Of a stretch of 55,526 bases of DNA, positions 32,290 to 42,739 are shown in pieces. The notes beneath the pieces were generated by a model. That model had not been told where the DNA came from and made no database searches. It saw only the letters and a list, made by a program, of their open reading frames with translations. Source of the DNA: Podarcis pityusensis (Eukaryota). Location: assembly GCA_964106645.2 (NCBI GenBank), contig CAXKZF020000196.1; one strand, given 5' to 3'. Every line of letters starts with the position of its first letter. The stretch's first letter is position 1. The translations under genes and the position numbers were made by a program.

Positions 32290-33021
32290 TCAACGACGGT
32301 TCTCAAACCGCCATGTTTTGACAAGTGTCGGGGCATCTTTGAGTGCTCGGTGGAACGCGTCGACGGTTTTGAACTCTAGTTGCTTGAGCTGACTGGCCTC
32401 GACGCTGACCTCCAGGTCATCGGTCATAAAAGGCCACGGGTCTACCCCCAGGCTCGCATCTGCACGTTGCCAGATAAAGCTCGGCTTTCCGTCTGGCAAC
32501 GGCGTGACCTCAAGCCGCCTTTCATCGGCAGGCAACTCGCCCTCACAAAGAATCAGCGAACAACGGTCACACCACTGCATAATGCCGTAGTCACGTTCTA
32601 CATCTTTCTTTTTAAGCCTAAGAGCACGAAACCAACGTTTTTGAGCTTCTGCTTGCTCCTTGAGAAAAGCAGCGAAGGCAGGGTCGTCTTTGGCCTTGCC
32701 CTGATAGATGTAAGACGTGTGCATGGAGGTGAGGAGCGCCACGTACCGTCCTTGATACGACGCATCGTCGATCACCCGGCGTGCCTGCTCGAGCGGTGAG
32801 CCTTTGGCAATCATGAAGTCTGCAGGTGCGCCTTGAGGCGTTAACTGGGTCTCACGCAGTTCAGATTGATTGTTATCGTGCTGGGTAAGGGCAGCGAGCA
32901 GTTCGATCCAAAAAGGACTCCGGTCTTCCTCGCGCCAGTGATAAGCGAGTTTGACAGCAAGGAGGCCGTGGGCACGCTGGTAGATGACCTCCCAGCCGCC
33001 ATGCGTATGGTTGACGATCAC
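32290..33021 (-). CDS. DUF3891-like protein
   Basis: MIVNHTHGGWEVIYQRAHGLLA..LAYHW...QHD...ALLTSMH...WCDRCSLILC...VDPWPF; leaderless GTG after TATGCT. Confidence 0.75.
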   Translation of the reverse strand: MIVNHTHGGWEVIYQRAHGLLAVKLAYHWREEDRSPFWIELLAALTQHDNNQSELRETQLTPQGAPADFMIAKGSPLEQARRVIDDASYQGRYVALLTSMHTSYIYQGKAKDDPAFAAFLKEQAEAQKRWFRALRLKKKDVERDYGIMQWCDRCSLILCEGELPADERRLEVTPLPDGKPSFIWQRADASLGVDPWPFMTDDLEVSVEASQLKQLEFKTVDAFHRALKDAPTLVKTWRFENRR

Positions 33022-33181
33022 CGTTCTAGCATAAGGAGTGCAAAGGAGGGCCACTAGCCATATTAATTACAGTCTTGCTGACCAAGAACTCTGTTAGCGT
33101 GCCTTGTGCCTACCGTGTATAGCCTTAAGGCAATAATAAAGACGTGGCTGCAACCACGTCTTTAAGGGGTAAGATTTAAAG

Positions 33182-33649
33182 TCAGCCATGAGAGATTTCG
33201 ATTTTCCGAGCCTTGGCACTTGCAGCTTTAGGTAGGGTCGGCGTCAGCAACCCTTCGTGTACGCGCGCATCGACGTGGTCGAGATCTACGCCCGTAGGTA
33301 GGCTCACTGTGCGACTGAACTGTCCCCTGGGAATAGCTTGTAACCAGTAACATCGTTCCTGGTTGTTGCTGACGTTAGGTAAGGTACCGCTGATGGTCAG
33401 CTGCCGTCCCTCGATACTTACCTCCAAGTCCTGTGTCTGTACTCCAGGCACGGCCATCTCAAGCACGACGGTGTCACCCGTTTCGTACAGGTCGACCGGG
33501 TACCCTTGAGCCCAGGACGAGGTACTGAGGCGGGGAGAGGCGAGGTGTTCAAAGAGCTGATCGAACTCTTTAAACATGCCTGCTGGAGAAGCGAGATCCC
33601 AGCCCCGCACGGGTACCGGACGAGCGTTTTGAGCGCGAACAATAGCCAT
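33182..33649 (-). CDS. Hsp20/alpha-crystallin small heat shock protein
   Basis: PVDLYET...MAVPGV..DLEVSIEG..LTISG...GQFSRTVSLP...GLL..LPK; GGAGG RBS. Confidence 0.92.
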   Translation of the reverse strand: MAIVRAQNARPVPVRGWDLASPAGMFKEFDQLFEHLASPRLSTSSWAQGYPVDLYETGDTVVLEMAVPGVQTQDLEVSIEGRQLTISGTLPNVSNNQERCYWLQAIPRGQFSRTVSLPTGVDLDHVDARVHEGLLTPTLPKAASAKARKIEISHG

Positions 33650-33881
33650 CACTGAAACCTCCCTGTAGGTTTTAGGCATCTGCCTGAAAAGGAATACAAT
33701 ATATGTGCGCGTGCTTGTCAAGTATCCTACCCTTTGCATCGTGGATGCCCCTGAAAGTTTTTGTGCCTCCAAAATCATTTCGCTGTTATTTCAAGCCTCA
33801 CATTGTTGGTTCGTTCCTACAGTTGATAAGGCTCAGCTTCTATAATGTGAGGGTGACTCACAGAGTCAGAAGAGGGGGAGC

Positions 33882-34790
33882 ATGTACCTACGTATCGATA
33901 AACTTCAGTTTGAACTGCCCAAACCCAAAGATCAGAACCCCAATGGAGCCGCCGCAGTCCAGGAACTCATGGGTGGACGCTTCGGTGAGATGTCTACATT
34001 GATGAATTACACCACCCAGTCGTTCAACTTTCGTGGAAAGAAAGCTCTCAAACCTTATTATGAGCTCATTTCCAATATCGCTGCAGAAGAGTTGGGTCAC
34101 ATCGAGCTTGTCGCTGCCACGATCAATGCTCTCTTGGCAGGTCCTGATCCAGTGGAGCAGGAAGAGCCAGTAGATCCGTCCACGTCCCCTTACAGCTATG
34201 CTCAGGACGTGCGCAACACCCAGCAATTTATTGCTGGTGGTCCTGGGATGATGGTACAGGACTCACGTGGCGCACCCTGGACAGGCGATAACGTCTTTTC
34301 CAGCGGGACGCTTGTGCTTGACCTTTTACATAATTTCTTTCTGGAAAGTGGGGCTCGGCAGCAGAAGCTAAGGGTCTATGAGATGGTTGATGATCCTGTG
34401 GTCAAAGCCCTTACAGGCTACTTGCTTGTCCGGGGTGGAGTGCACCAAGTTGCCTATGCCAAAGCGCTTGAAACTCTTACGGGAGTAGCGGTCGAGAAGA
34501 TGCTGCCGATCCCGAACATTCCAACCCAGAAGATTCCCGAATCCAAAAAGCTGATGGATCAGGGAGTTCACCTCAAACTTTACCGCTTTAGCCCGACAGA
34601 TTATACCGAAATGGGCAAGATCTGGAAGGGCACGCACCCTGACGATGGTCAGGAGGTAAGTGTAACCGATGAGATTCCCGACGGCGCGCCAACCATGGAT
34701 GGAGGGCACGACTCGACCGCTTTCTCGCCTGATTACGACATGGCCGAAATTATGGAGATTGCCAAAAACCTTCATGCCAAGATGAAGTAA
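33882..34790 (+). CDS. Manganese catalase family protein
   Basis: QELMGGRFGEM, EELGHIELV, NFFLESGAR and RGGVHQVAY; GGGGGAG RBS. Confidence 0.93.
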   Translation: MYLRIDKLQFELPKPKDQNPNGAAAVQELMGGRFGEMSTLMNYTTQSFNFRGKKALKPYYELISNIAAEELGHIELVAATINALLAGPDPVEQEEPVDPSTSPYSYAQDVRNTQQFIAGGPGMMVQDSRGAPWTGDNVFSSGTLVLDLLHNFFLESGARQQKLRVYEMVDDPVVKALTGYLLVRGGVHQVAYAKALETLTGVAVEKMLPIPNIPTQKIPESKKLMDQGVHLKLYRFSPTDYTEMGKIWKGTHPDDGQEVSVTDEIPDGAPTMDGGHDSTAFSPDYDMAEIMEIAKNLHAKMK

Positions 34791-34813
34791 AGTGAGACTT
34801 AGAATAAAACAGA

Positions 34814-34841
34814 AAAAAGCTCATAACGTTATGAGCTTTTT
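34814..34841 (+). terminator. Rho-independent terminator
   Basis: AAAAAGCTCATAAC|GTTATGAGCTTTTT. Confidence 0.75.
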
Positions 34842-35134
34842 CAGTTAGAAAAATTGAAATATCAGAGCTGAATGCTAATAGCAGCTTCAAACATAAATCT
34901 CGGCGTGCTCGCAACAGAAGCTAGGTGGATCTTCTCGATGCGGTGTGCTCTCCTAATGTTCGCGTCGCCTAGCACTAGACCTGCTGTTTAACCAGTCTTA
35001 TGCTTTTAGACTCATCACTTCTTTTGAAGTCCTCTTAAGCTACGACCTTCAGCGAATATTCATTCCTTTACCCGATATAAGTGGGGGTTGACTGAAGCCC
35101 TGTTTCCTGAAGCCAAGATTCTTGCATATTCCTA

Positions 35135-36020
35135 GAGGCTGTTTGAAAATCACTTCAAACTAAACGAAGGGGTCGAACAAGCAGCTAAACGCTTGGTCAT
35201 AAGATCAACCATCGCCAGGTAGATGAAGGTTTCACTTGTTTCGGGCAGCCGCTCATAGTCTTTACTCAAGCGGCGGTAGTTGCCGAACCAGGCGAGTGTG
35301 CGTTCGACGACCCACCTTTGCGGCTGTACTTGGAAGCCCCAAACGCCGTGTGGGCGTGTGACAAGCTCAAGCAGACGCCGATAGGTAGCAAATATCGTGT
35401 GACTGAACTGCTTGCCTCGATAACCTTCATCAGCTTTGATGGAGCTTAAGGCAAGGCAGTTTGCCAGCAAGTGCACTCAAGAGCTGTTTCAAGCCTGCCT
35501 GGTCAGACACGTTCGCTTTGGTGACGACCACCCTGAGGAGCAGACCCAGGCTGTCAACCAGCACATGACGTTTGCGTCCATTAACGTTCTTGCCACCGTC
35601 GTAAGCGTTGCCTTGATGAACCGTTCCTTTGACCGCTTGGCTGTCTACGATCCCGATGCTCGGGTGCTTGTTGCGTCCAGCCCGCTTCCTCAAACGCTTA
35701 CGCAGCCACTTGTTGATTCGTTTCCAGATACCCTCGTCGCGCCATTTGGCAAAGTGATAATAGACGCTTTGCCAGCTCGGTAAGTCATAGTGCAGGTCGC
35801 GCCACTGCACGCCATTCCTGAGCACATACCTGATTGAGTTGACAACCTCGCGAAGCTCTAGCCCCCGTGGTCTCCCTCGCTGAGCTCGCTGGCAGAGCAC
35901 TTTTTGCATGAGCGGTTCGAGTGTCTGCCATTCTGCATCGCTCAGATCGCTGGTGTATCCTGGCTTTGCTTTACCCATTGCCCTACCAAATCACTTGGTG
36001 GGGCTTTTTCAAACAGCCTC
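35135..36020 (-). mobile_element. IS5 family (IS1031-like) element; transposase 35150-35978, frameshifted
   Basis: TIRs GAGGCTGTTTGAAAA and TTTTCAAACAGCCTC with TA flanks; YTSDLSDAEW, DSQAVK, GRKRHVLVD and RWVVERT. Confidence 0.92.
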
Positions 36021-36392
36021 TAAACGTAAACTTGCTAGGCTTTGCCATGCTCGGCCTCTTCATCATGGTGCCCTCCACTGTTACAAGCAAGGTTATACCC
36101 GATAGTAAGAATGCGGTAACAGCCGCAATGGAAGAGATCGAACTAGGTACAGGCGTTATCTGGGGCAAGGACGTGTTTACTGCCCAGAAGATCAAGCTTG
36201 CTGTTGCCTCTGATGAAAAGGCATCACGCGAAATGAATGATACCTACACGATTACACAGGTCAACACACCGACCAAATCCGAGCTGGCCACAATGGAGCG
36301 CCCCAAGCTCACGAACCACGGCGCGTTTTGACAGGGTAAGACTCTTTTGTATCCAGCTTTAGGCATGTTTGCATAAATCCTCTTCTAAACAC

Positions 36393-36422
36393 AAAAAAGG
36401 CCCCGGTTCGCGGCGGGGCCTC
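36393..36422 (-). terminator. Terminator of the small membrane protein gene
   Basis: AAAAAAGGCCCCG...CGGGGCCT. Confidence 0.6.
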
Positions 36423-36434
36423 CTAATTGTTCAC

Positions 36435-36677
36435 CTACCGTCTTACTTTTCTGGCGACGTCCTCATCTCCGGGACGAACAAGTGCGTGATAAAGCCCAAC
36501 AGCCAGGAACGTCGGCGGCCATTTACCCACGAAATCAGCGGCATCCTTTCGACCCATCGCCTGGAGAACTGCAGAAGTGGCGATCGACCCCATAGCTAAG
36601 GTGTACCAAAGTTGGTGAGGTATTTCGTCAAGCATGCCAAAAATACCGTTCTGCGGGTTGTCATCTCGATGTCTCAT
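36435..36677 (-). CDS. Small two-helix membrane protein
   Basis: GGGGGT RBS; LAMGSIATSAVLQAMGRKDAADFVGKWPPTFLAVGLYHAL; followed by a terminator. Confidence 0.7.
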   Translation of the reverse strand: MRHRDDNPQNGIFGMLDEIPHQLWYTLAMGSIATSAVLQAMGRKDAADFVGKWPPTFLAVGLYHALVRPGDEDVARKVRR

Positions 36678-37126
36678 CTTTGTACCCCCTTTAACGGCTC
36701 AACAATGAATAGGACGAGCCGTCTCACGATTATCGTCTTTCAAACTTATCGGCTTGTCGTTGGTCGTCACAATTGCGTCAGGTATTTAATTCAAGAGGCC
36801 GGGTAATACCCGGGCTCTTATTGCCTATAACGATATCGAGAGCTAACTTTTTAGTGGTGCGAACGTGGCGAGATTCCAGCGACAGTCACTCGCAGCTATT
36901 GTCAGACCATAATTCCCTATTCTGGCCTGCATCTCAGTCGTTTTCTTATACGCTTTGACTAAACCTGTAGGTTGATGCTGAAACAAGTACATACCCAAAT
37001 TCGGGAAAAAGTTGAGGCAACTTAAAACGACAAGCAAAACACTGGGATAGTCACGAATAAAGGTCAGGACACAGTAGGCGAGCAGAACAGCAAGGATGTG
37101 CAGATAGAGGCCGGTAGTCGAGACAT

Positions 37127-38009
37127 GAACCAGTCCAAGAACTAAGCTTTATACAGAGGTCGGCTAGCCTAGGGGCATGAACGACTTGAAGCTGAGCGAG
37201 GAGCAGTGGGAGATGATCGCGCGGCTATTGCCTCCCCAGCCCCGAACGGGGAGACGACCGAGAGCACGACGGGCAAGTGCTCAACAGCCTGGTGTACCGG
37301 CTGAAAACAGGCGTGCGCTATAGAGATATTTCCAAAAGCGAGGACTACGCGGCCAAGAGCACCGTCTATCACTGGTTGAGCAAGTGGAGCGAGGCTGGTG
37401 TCTTGGAGCATATCTGGCGGCAGTTGCTGGCCGAGCTCGAGGCAAATGGCAAGATCGACCTTAGCCAAGGAAGTCTGGACGGCAGCTTCGTGCCTACTAA
37501 AAGGGGGGCGAGGCGGTAGGCCGTAGCCCACGTGGCAACGGCTCGACCCTGATGGTGGTGAGCGAGGCTCATGGCTTACCCATCGCGTTCTTGATCGAGG
37601 CGGCCAACACCCATGAATCACACACAACTGGCACGGGATGTGCTGGCAAAGGTGCAGGTGCCTAGACTCGGCGGTGGTCGTGCCAAGACCCGCATTCTCG
37701 AAATAGCGATGGACCGGGCATTCGACGCTGCCTTGCTACGCCGTGACTTGAGGAAACGCGGCATCAGAGCCTCTATCCCGGAGCGCAGACGGCGGGGCAA
37801 AAGGCGGCAGAAAGGACCGCATCCCAAGCTCTATCCGGTGAGCAAGGAGCGTTATAAGATCGAACGGCTCAATGCCTGGATGGACAACTACCGTGTACTT
37901 GTCGTCAGGTACGAGCGCAAAGCTGCCCACTACCTCGCTTACTGCACCCTCGCTGCTATCCTCTTCTGTCTCAAGCGCCTGGTATAGCTATACGTTCTTG
38001 GACTGCTTC
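37127..38009 (+). mobile_element. IS5 family (IS427-like, two-ORF) element, degraded
   Basis: TIRs GAACCAGTCCAAGAAC and GTTCTTGGACTGCTTC; LDGSF, AAAAGGGGGG slippery site, DRAFD and RYKIERLNAW. Confidence 0.85.
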
Positions 38010-38157
38010 GGGTCAAAAATGTGTGAGCTGGTACGCCGTACTTTTGTCACTATTTGTAGCCCTTGCGTACTATTTTTTGGTGTGATGGACAATCTTAATT
38101 AGCTTAAGTTCACTCCGTCTTACAATTTCTGTGGGTCACTACCCCAATGATGCAAGC

Positions 38158-39615
38158 ATGACATCGACAAGTGGCGACGTTGCTAGTGACCGGGTTCAGC
38201 TCGAGACGATGATCGCTGGCATTAGCATTGGCGTTATAACGGTAGACACGGATGGGACGCTGCAGTACGCCAACCGCGCTGCTTTAGCAATGCACGGGGT
38301 AGAAGACTTAGCCTCTTTGGGCCACACGACTAAGGCGTACCGAGAGCAGTACGCTTTACGAGACCTTCAGGGCATACCGCTTCCTCCCAGCGCCTACCCA
38401 CTTGATCGTCTGCTCTCGGGCGACAGTTTTGACGAGCTGCTGGTTCAGCTCCTAGTCAACGGCAATACGGTGGTTTACCAGTGTCGCGGCATCAGAGTAC
38501 GAGATGCACGCGGCGAGATTGATTTCTATGCCCTTTTTCTTGAAGACGAAACAGAGCAGTACGATGCTGAGCAGCGCTTTGAGCGTACGTTTACAGCGAA
38601 TCCAGGTGCGGCGCTCATCCACCGCTTGTCCGACCTAAGGTTTATCAAAGTGAACCCGGCATTTTTGGAGATGACTGGGTTTGGACGTGAAGACGTTATC
38701 GGTCGTACCGCCTACCAGTTTGACGTTTTAGGCAGAGTGGAGAAACGCGAACTTGCGCTCGAGCAGTTCCACGAGGGCAAAGTTATCCCGCCGATGGAGT
38801 CTTATGTCTCCACCCGATCGGGCGGAGACAAGTTCGTACTGCTGGGTGGACAACCACTCGAAGTGGGCAATGAGCCCTGTATGCTGCTGACCTTTGTCGA
38901 TTTGGACGCTCGCAAGAAAGCCGAGGATGCGCTGCGCCAGAGCGAAGAGCGGTTTACCAAAGCGTTTAGACTCGCACCGGTTGCAGGTGTTATCTCTTCA
39001 ATCAATGACGGTCATATTCTTAATATCAATGATGCCTTCAGCCAACTGACAAAATACCCACCAAGTGAGGCGGTAGGTCGCACTACCGCTGAGCTAGGGT
39101 TATGGAAAAGTGAGGGAGAACGGGTTATATCTACTCTGCTTAAGAGCCGCAGGAGATACCAAGACCTGGAACTTAAACTCTATACCAAGGCAGGAAACGT
39201 CTGCGATGTTCTTGTTTCAGCTGAAACCTTAACCATCAATGATGAACCTTGTGTCTTGTGGATGTGCCAGGATGTGACTGAGTGGAAGCGTAGCGAGGCC
39301 GAGCTCGTCGAAGCTGTCGATCAGGTGATGCGTGGCTCCGACTGGCTCAGCACCTCTATCACCAAACAGCTGATGGCGGTCAAGGGTAGGAAGCCCATGC
39401 CGCAGGTGGCAGCTAAGCTTGCTTTGCTTACAGCTCGCGAGCGACAAGTGCTCGACCTTGTATGCCAAGGCGTAAGCGGTTCGGAGCTCGCTGAGCGGCT
39501 TGGAGTCTCAGTCAACACGGTGCGCAATTACCTCGCTCGCTTGTACAAGAAGTTAGATGTGCATTCACGGGCTGAACTTGTTATTTGGGTCAAGCGAAAT
39601 GAACTCTACGTATAG
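38158..39615 (+). CDS. Multi-PAS-domain LuxR-family transcriptional regulator
   Basis: Three PAS repeats (YANRAA, VNPAFLEMTGF..EDVIG, INDAFSQLT...EAVG) plus LTARERQVL...LGVSVNTVRNYLARLYKKLDVHSRAE. Confidence 0.92.
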   Translation: MTSTSGDVASDRVQLETMIAGISIGVITVDTDGTLQYANRAALAMHGVEDLASLGHTTKAYREQYALRDLQGIPLPPSAYPLDRLLSGDSFDELLVQLLVNGNTVVYQCRGIRVRDARGEIDFYALFLEDETEQYDAEQRFERTFTANPGAALIHRLSDLRFIKVNPAFLEMTGFGREDVIGRTAYQFDVLGRVEKRELALEQFHEGKVIPPMESYVSTRSGGDKFVLLGGQPLEVGNEPCMLLTFVDLDARKKAEDALRQSEERFTKAFRLAPVAGVISSINDGHILNINDAFSQLTKYPPSEAVGRTTAELGLWKSEGERVISTLLKSRRRYQDLELKLYTKAGNVCDVLVSAETLTINDEPCVLWMCQDVTEWKRSEAELVEAVDQVMRGSDWLSTSITKQLMAVKGRKPMPQVAAKLALLTARERQVLDLVCQGVSGSELAERLGVSVNTVRNYLARLYKKLDVHSRAELVIWVKRNELYV

Positions 39616-39675
39616 CTGACCCTCACCCCGGCGGGTTATAGCGGTTTTACAGAAGGAGTGAGTTCGGTCAAGCTA

Positions 39676-40312
39676 GAGGGTGTTATGCACTCGCGGTGAG
39701 TAGTAGGCTTGGCTCTAAACGCGCTTACAATACGGCTGCGAAGGCCACGAAATGTAGCCCTACCAGCACCTGCGGCATACGTTCGTAATCTTTGACGAGC
39801 CGTCTAAAACGTGCCAGCCAAGCGAATGAGCGCTCTACGACCCACCTCCTAGGTAGAAGCACGAACCCTCGCTTAGTCTGCTCGTGCTTAACGACCAACA
39901 ACGCGATGCCCTGCTTAGGCGCTGCTGTTCTGGCCTCCTCTCCGGTGTAGCCCTGGTCAACCCACGCGACTTCTACGCTCTCACCCGTGGCTTCCTGCAC
40001 GCGTTTGGTAAGTTCTGCCACTTGTTTGCGTCATTGTCTCGAATACCCCCGCTTCAAGCCAACGCCTACCTTGCTGATACACCGCTGCCCATGGTGGAAA
40101 ATCAGCGGGCAGGAACCGCCAGGGTACACCTGTACGAGTAACGTACATCAAGCCGTCGTACACGCGCCGCAAGTCGTGTTTGCGTTGGGGCGCAGCCTCG
40201 GTAATGAGGGTTAGGTAGGGCGCAACAAACGCCCACTCCGCCTCGCTGCTATCGCTGGGGTAGACTTTCTTTGCCATCCTCTAGCTTAGCCGCAATAGTT
40301 CATAACACCCTC
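39676..40312 (-). mobile_element. Internally deleted IS5 family element
   Basis: TIRs GAGGGTGTTATG and CATAACACCCTC at a CTAG/TA target; YPSDSSEAEW and RRWVVERSF are present but the middle of the transposase is missing. Confidence 0.88.
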
Positions 40313-40649
40313 TAGGACATGGGCTATTCGGTAGATTTACGCGAACGAATCGTTGAAGCTGTGCAGGAACGCAACTTCAGCATTCACGAAGCAGCTGCTA
40401 CGTTCCGGGTTGGCCACGCGACGGTCGCACGGTACCTGCGTCGGTATCGAGAACGGGGCGAGCTAACAGCAGACAAGCCACCAGGCCGCCCGAGCCGGGT
40501 AGCGGGTGAGCAGCTCGGTGCGCTCAAGAAACAGCTTAAGGCATATAACGAGCTGACCCTGATGGAGCACTGCGAGCTGTGGGAACGGGATACGGGCATG
40601 AAGCTGAGCTATGTGACGATGCACCGGCTAAGCAACCGTTTGGGCATCA

Positions 40650-41932
40650 TGATACTGCCCCGCTAAAACGGAGACCGAGTTAAGCCTCTAGTGCCAAAAT
40701 GGAGGCAATATGAAAGAACGCAGGGTCTACACCGCAGAGTTCAAGCGTGAAGCGGTACGGCTGAGTGAACAAGCCGACGTCAGCGTGGCTCAGGTCGCCC
40801 AGGAACTGGGCGTGTCTGACTACAGCCTCTACAAGTGGGGCAAACAAGCGAAGGCTGGGGGCGAGTTGGCATTCCCTGGGGAACGGCAAGGTCGCTCTAA
40901 CGGCGGAGCCCTAAAGGATTTCCTACGGTCACAGCAGGAGAACGTGCGGTTGAAAAAAGAACTCGAGCGGGTGACGCAAGAGCGTGATGTTTTAAAAAAA
41001 GCGGTCAAGTTCTTTGCGGGGGAAAGCAAGTGAGGTACGCCTTCATCGAAGCGCACCGAAGCACCTGGTCCGTCGGTCTGATGACTGGCGTGTTAGCGGT
41101 GTCGGTCAGCGGCTTTTACGCTTGGTTACGGCGGGGGCGAAGTAAGCGAGCCGTAGAAGACGAGAGGCTCACCGAGAAGATCGTGATGTTTCACTGCAGG
41201 AGCCGCTTTACCTACGGTTCGCCGCGCATCCATAAGGACCTGAAAGCTGCCGGGCACAACGTTGGGCGCAAGCGCGTGGCTCGTCTGATGCGGAATGCGG
41301 GTCTTCAAGGTAAAACGAAGCGTCGGTTCAAGACCACCACGAACTCTCAACACTCGCGCCCTAAAGTGGAAAATCTGGTCGCGCAAAGCTTCGACGTGGC
41401 AATCCCCGACACCCTCTGGGCGAGTGACATCACCTATGTCCCCACGCACGAGGGCTGGTTGTATCTGGCTGTGACGCTCGACCTTTTCAGCGAACTAGGC
41501 CCAACGGGCCGGGCTTTGCCCGTCAGACTAACAGATGATCTGACGCTTGCAGCCTTAGCGATGGCGACGCAGCAGCGACCCGATTTGGCGGCGCTTACGC
41601 AGCATTCGGATCAAGGCAGCCAATATGCTAGTCAGGCGTTTAGGGCCGAGCTGAAGGCCAATCACATCACCCAAAGTATGTCGGGTAGAGGAAACTGCCA
41701 CGACAACGCGGTTGTCGAGTCGTTCTTCGCCACCCTCAAAACCGAGGAAGTCGAGGGCGCTCCCTACGAAACCCGCCAGCAGGCTAAAACCAGCATCTTC
41801 GGCTAGCTCGAGGGTTTCTAAAGCGCCAAGCGCAGACACTCTTCCCTGGGGTTTCTATCTCCCGACGATTTTGAGAGGGTACACTTCGCTCAAGCTGCTT
41901 AACTGCGACTCCGTGAAAACGGGGCAATATCA
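40650..41932 (+). mobile_element. IS3 family element (orfA 40710-41033, orfB 41030-about 41900, degraded)
   Basis: TG...CA TIRs TGATACTGCCCCG and CGGGGCAATATCA, with TCA target duplication; YTAEFKREAV, WASDITYV, HSDQGSQY and DNAVVESFF. Confidence 0.93.
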
Positions 41933-42739
41933 TCAGCCGCAAAAAAGACCCTCTCAGCCAGTGAGCAAGATCCGCTAGCTCGCCTCCTATGGCTCGCTGA
42001 AGTTCTCAAGTCTGACCCTAAACGTTTGGTGAGCGGCTTCAACTTGGCGAGGATGCAATGCCCACCAGGGTACGCCGCTTTATGCTCGCTCTCCTAAAGG
42101 CCAGCGCACCCACGGACAAGTGCCCAAGAACCGTGGCGAGAATAGCAGTCTGGTCGCAGCGTTATCCCTCGATGCAGGCGTCTGTGCAGCAATGACTGTA
42201 GAAGGTGCCGTCGACAGCATTGCCTTCAACATCTACATACAACCCGTGCTTGTACCTACCTTGCGTGCTGGACAGATCGTGGTACTCGATAATCTGCAAG
42301 TGCACAAAAACCAAGCTGTACGACAGGCTATTGAAGCGCAAGGCTGTGAACTCCTGTTCTTACCGCCTTACAGTTCTGCCTCATTGTGCCCTTTGGGTAT
42401 CAACCCTATCGAGCACGCTTTCTCGAAACTCAAAGCGTTGGTTCGTAAGTGCAATGCCCGCACGAAACAAGCTCTCAATGACGCCCTCGCCGCTGCACTC
42501 GAGACTGTTACCTTGTAAGATGTCATCGGCTGGTTCAGCTATGCTGGTTATCTACCTCATGGTTTCTGAAAATTGCTGTAGGGTTTCGTTTATCCAAAAG
42601 CATCGAGCCGTTTAGGTGCTTTCAATCCGCTCGAGCTTGTCTGGCGTTTAACTTGGAGGCTTGGACAAGATCAAGGAATTTTCTTATTTGAAGCCAAGAT
42701 TCTCGCATGATCTTGAGCCCATGCCTGCTAGGCTTTGCC

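Larger units (their letters stand above)
39639..42578 (+). mobile_element. IS630 family element interrupted by nested IS5 and IS3 elements
   Basis: TA-flanked IRs TAGCGGTTTTACAGAA and TTCTGAAAATTGCTG; orfA MGYSVDLRERI; orfB ESGF, VVLDNLQVH and LPPYS..NPIE. Confidence 0.88.

Noticed and set aside
31700-33880. RDRM (DdrO box) upstream of the stress genes
   Set aside because: I found no convincing 17-bp match by eye.
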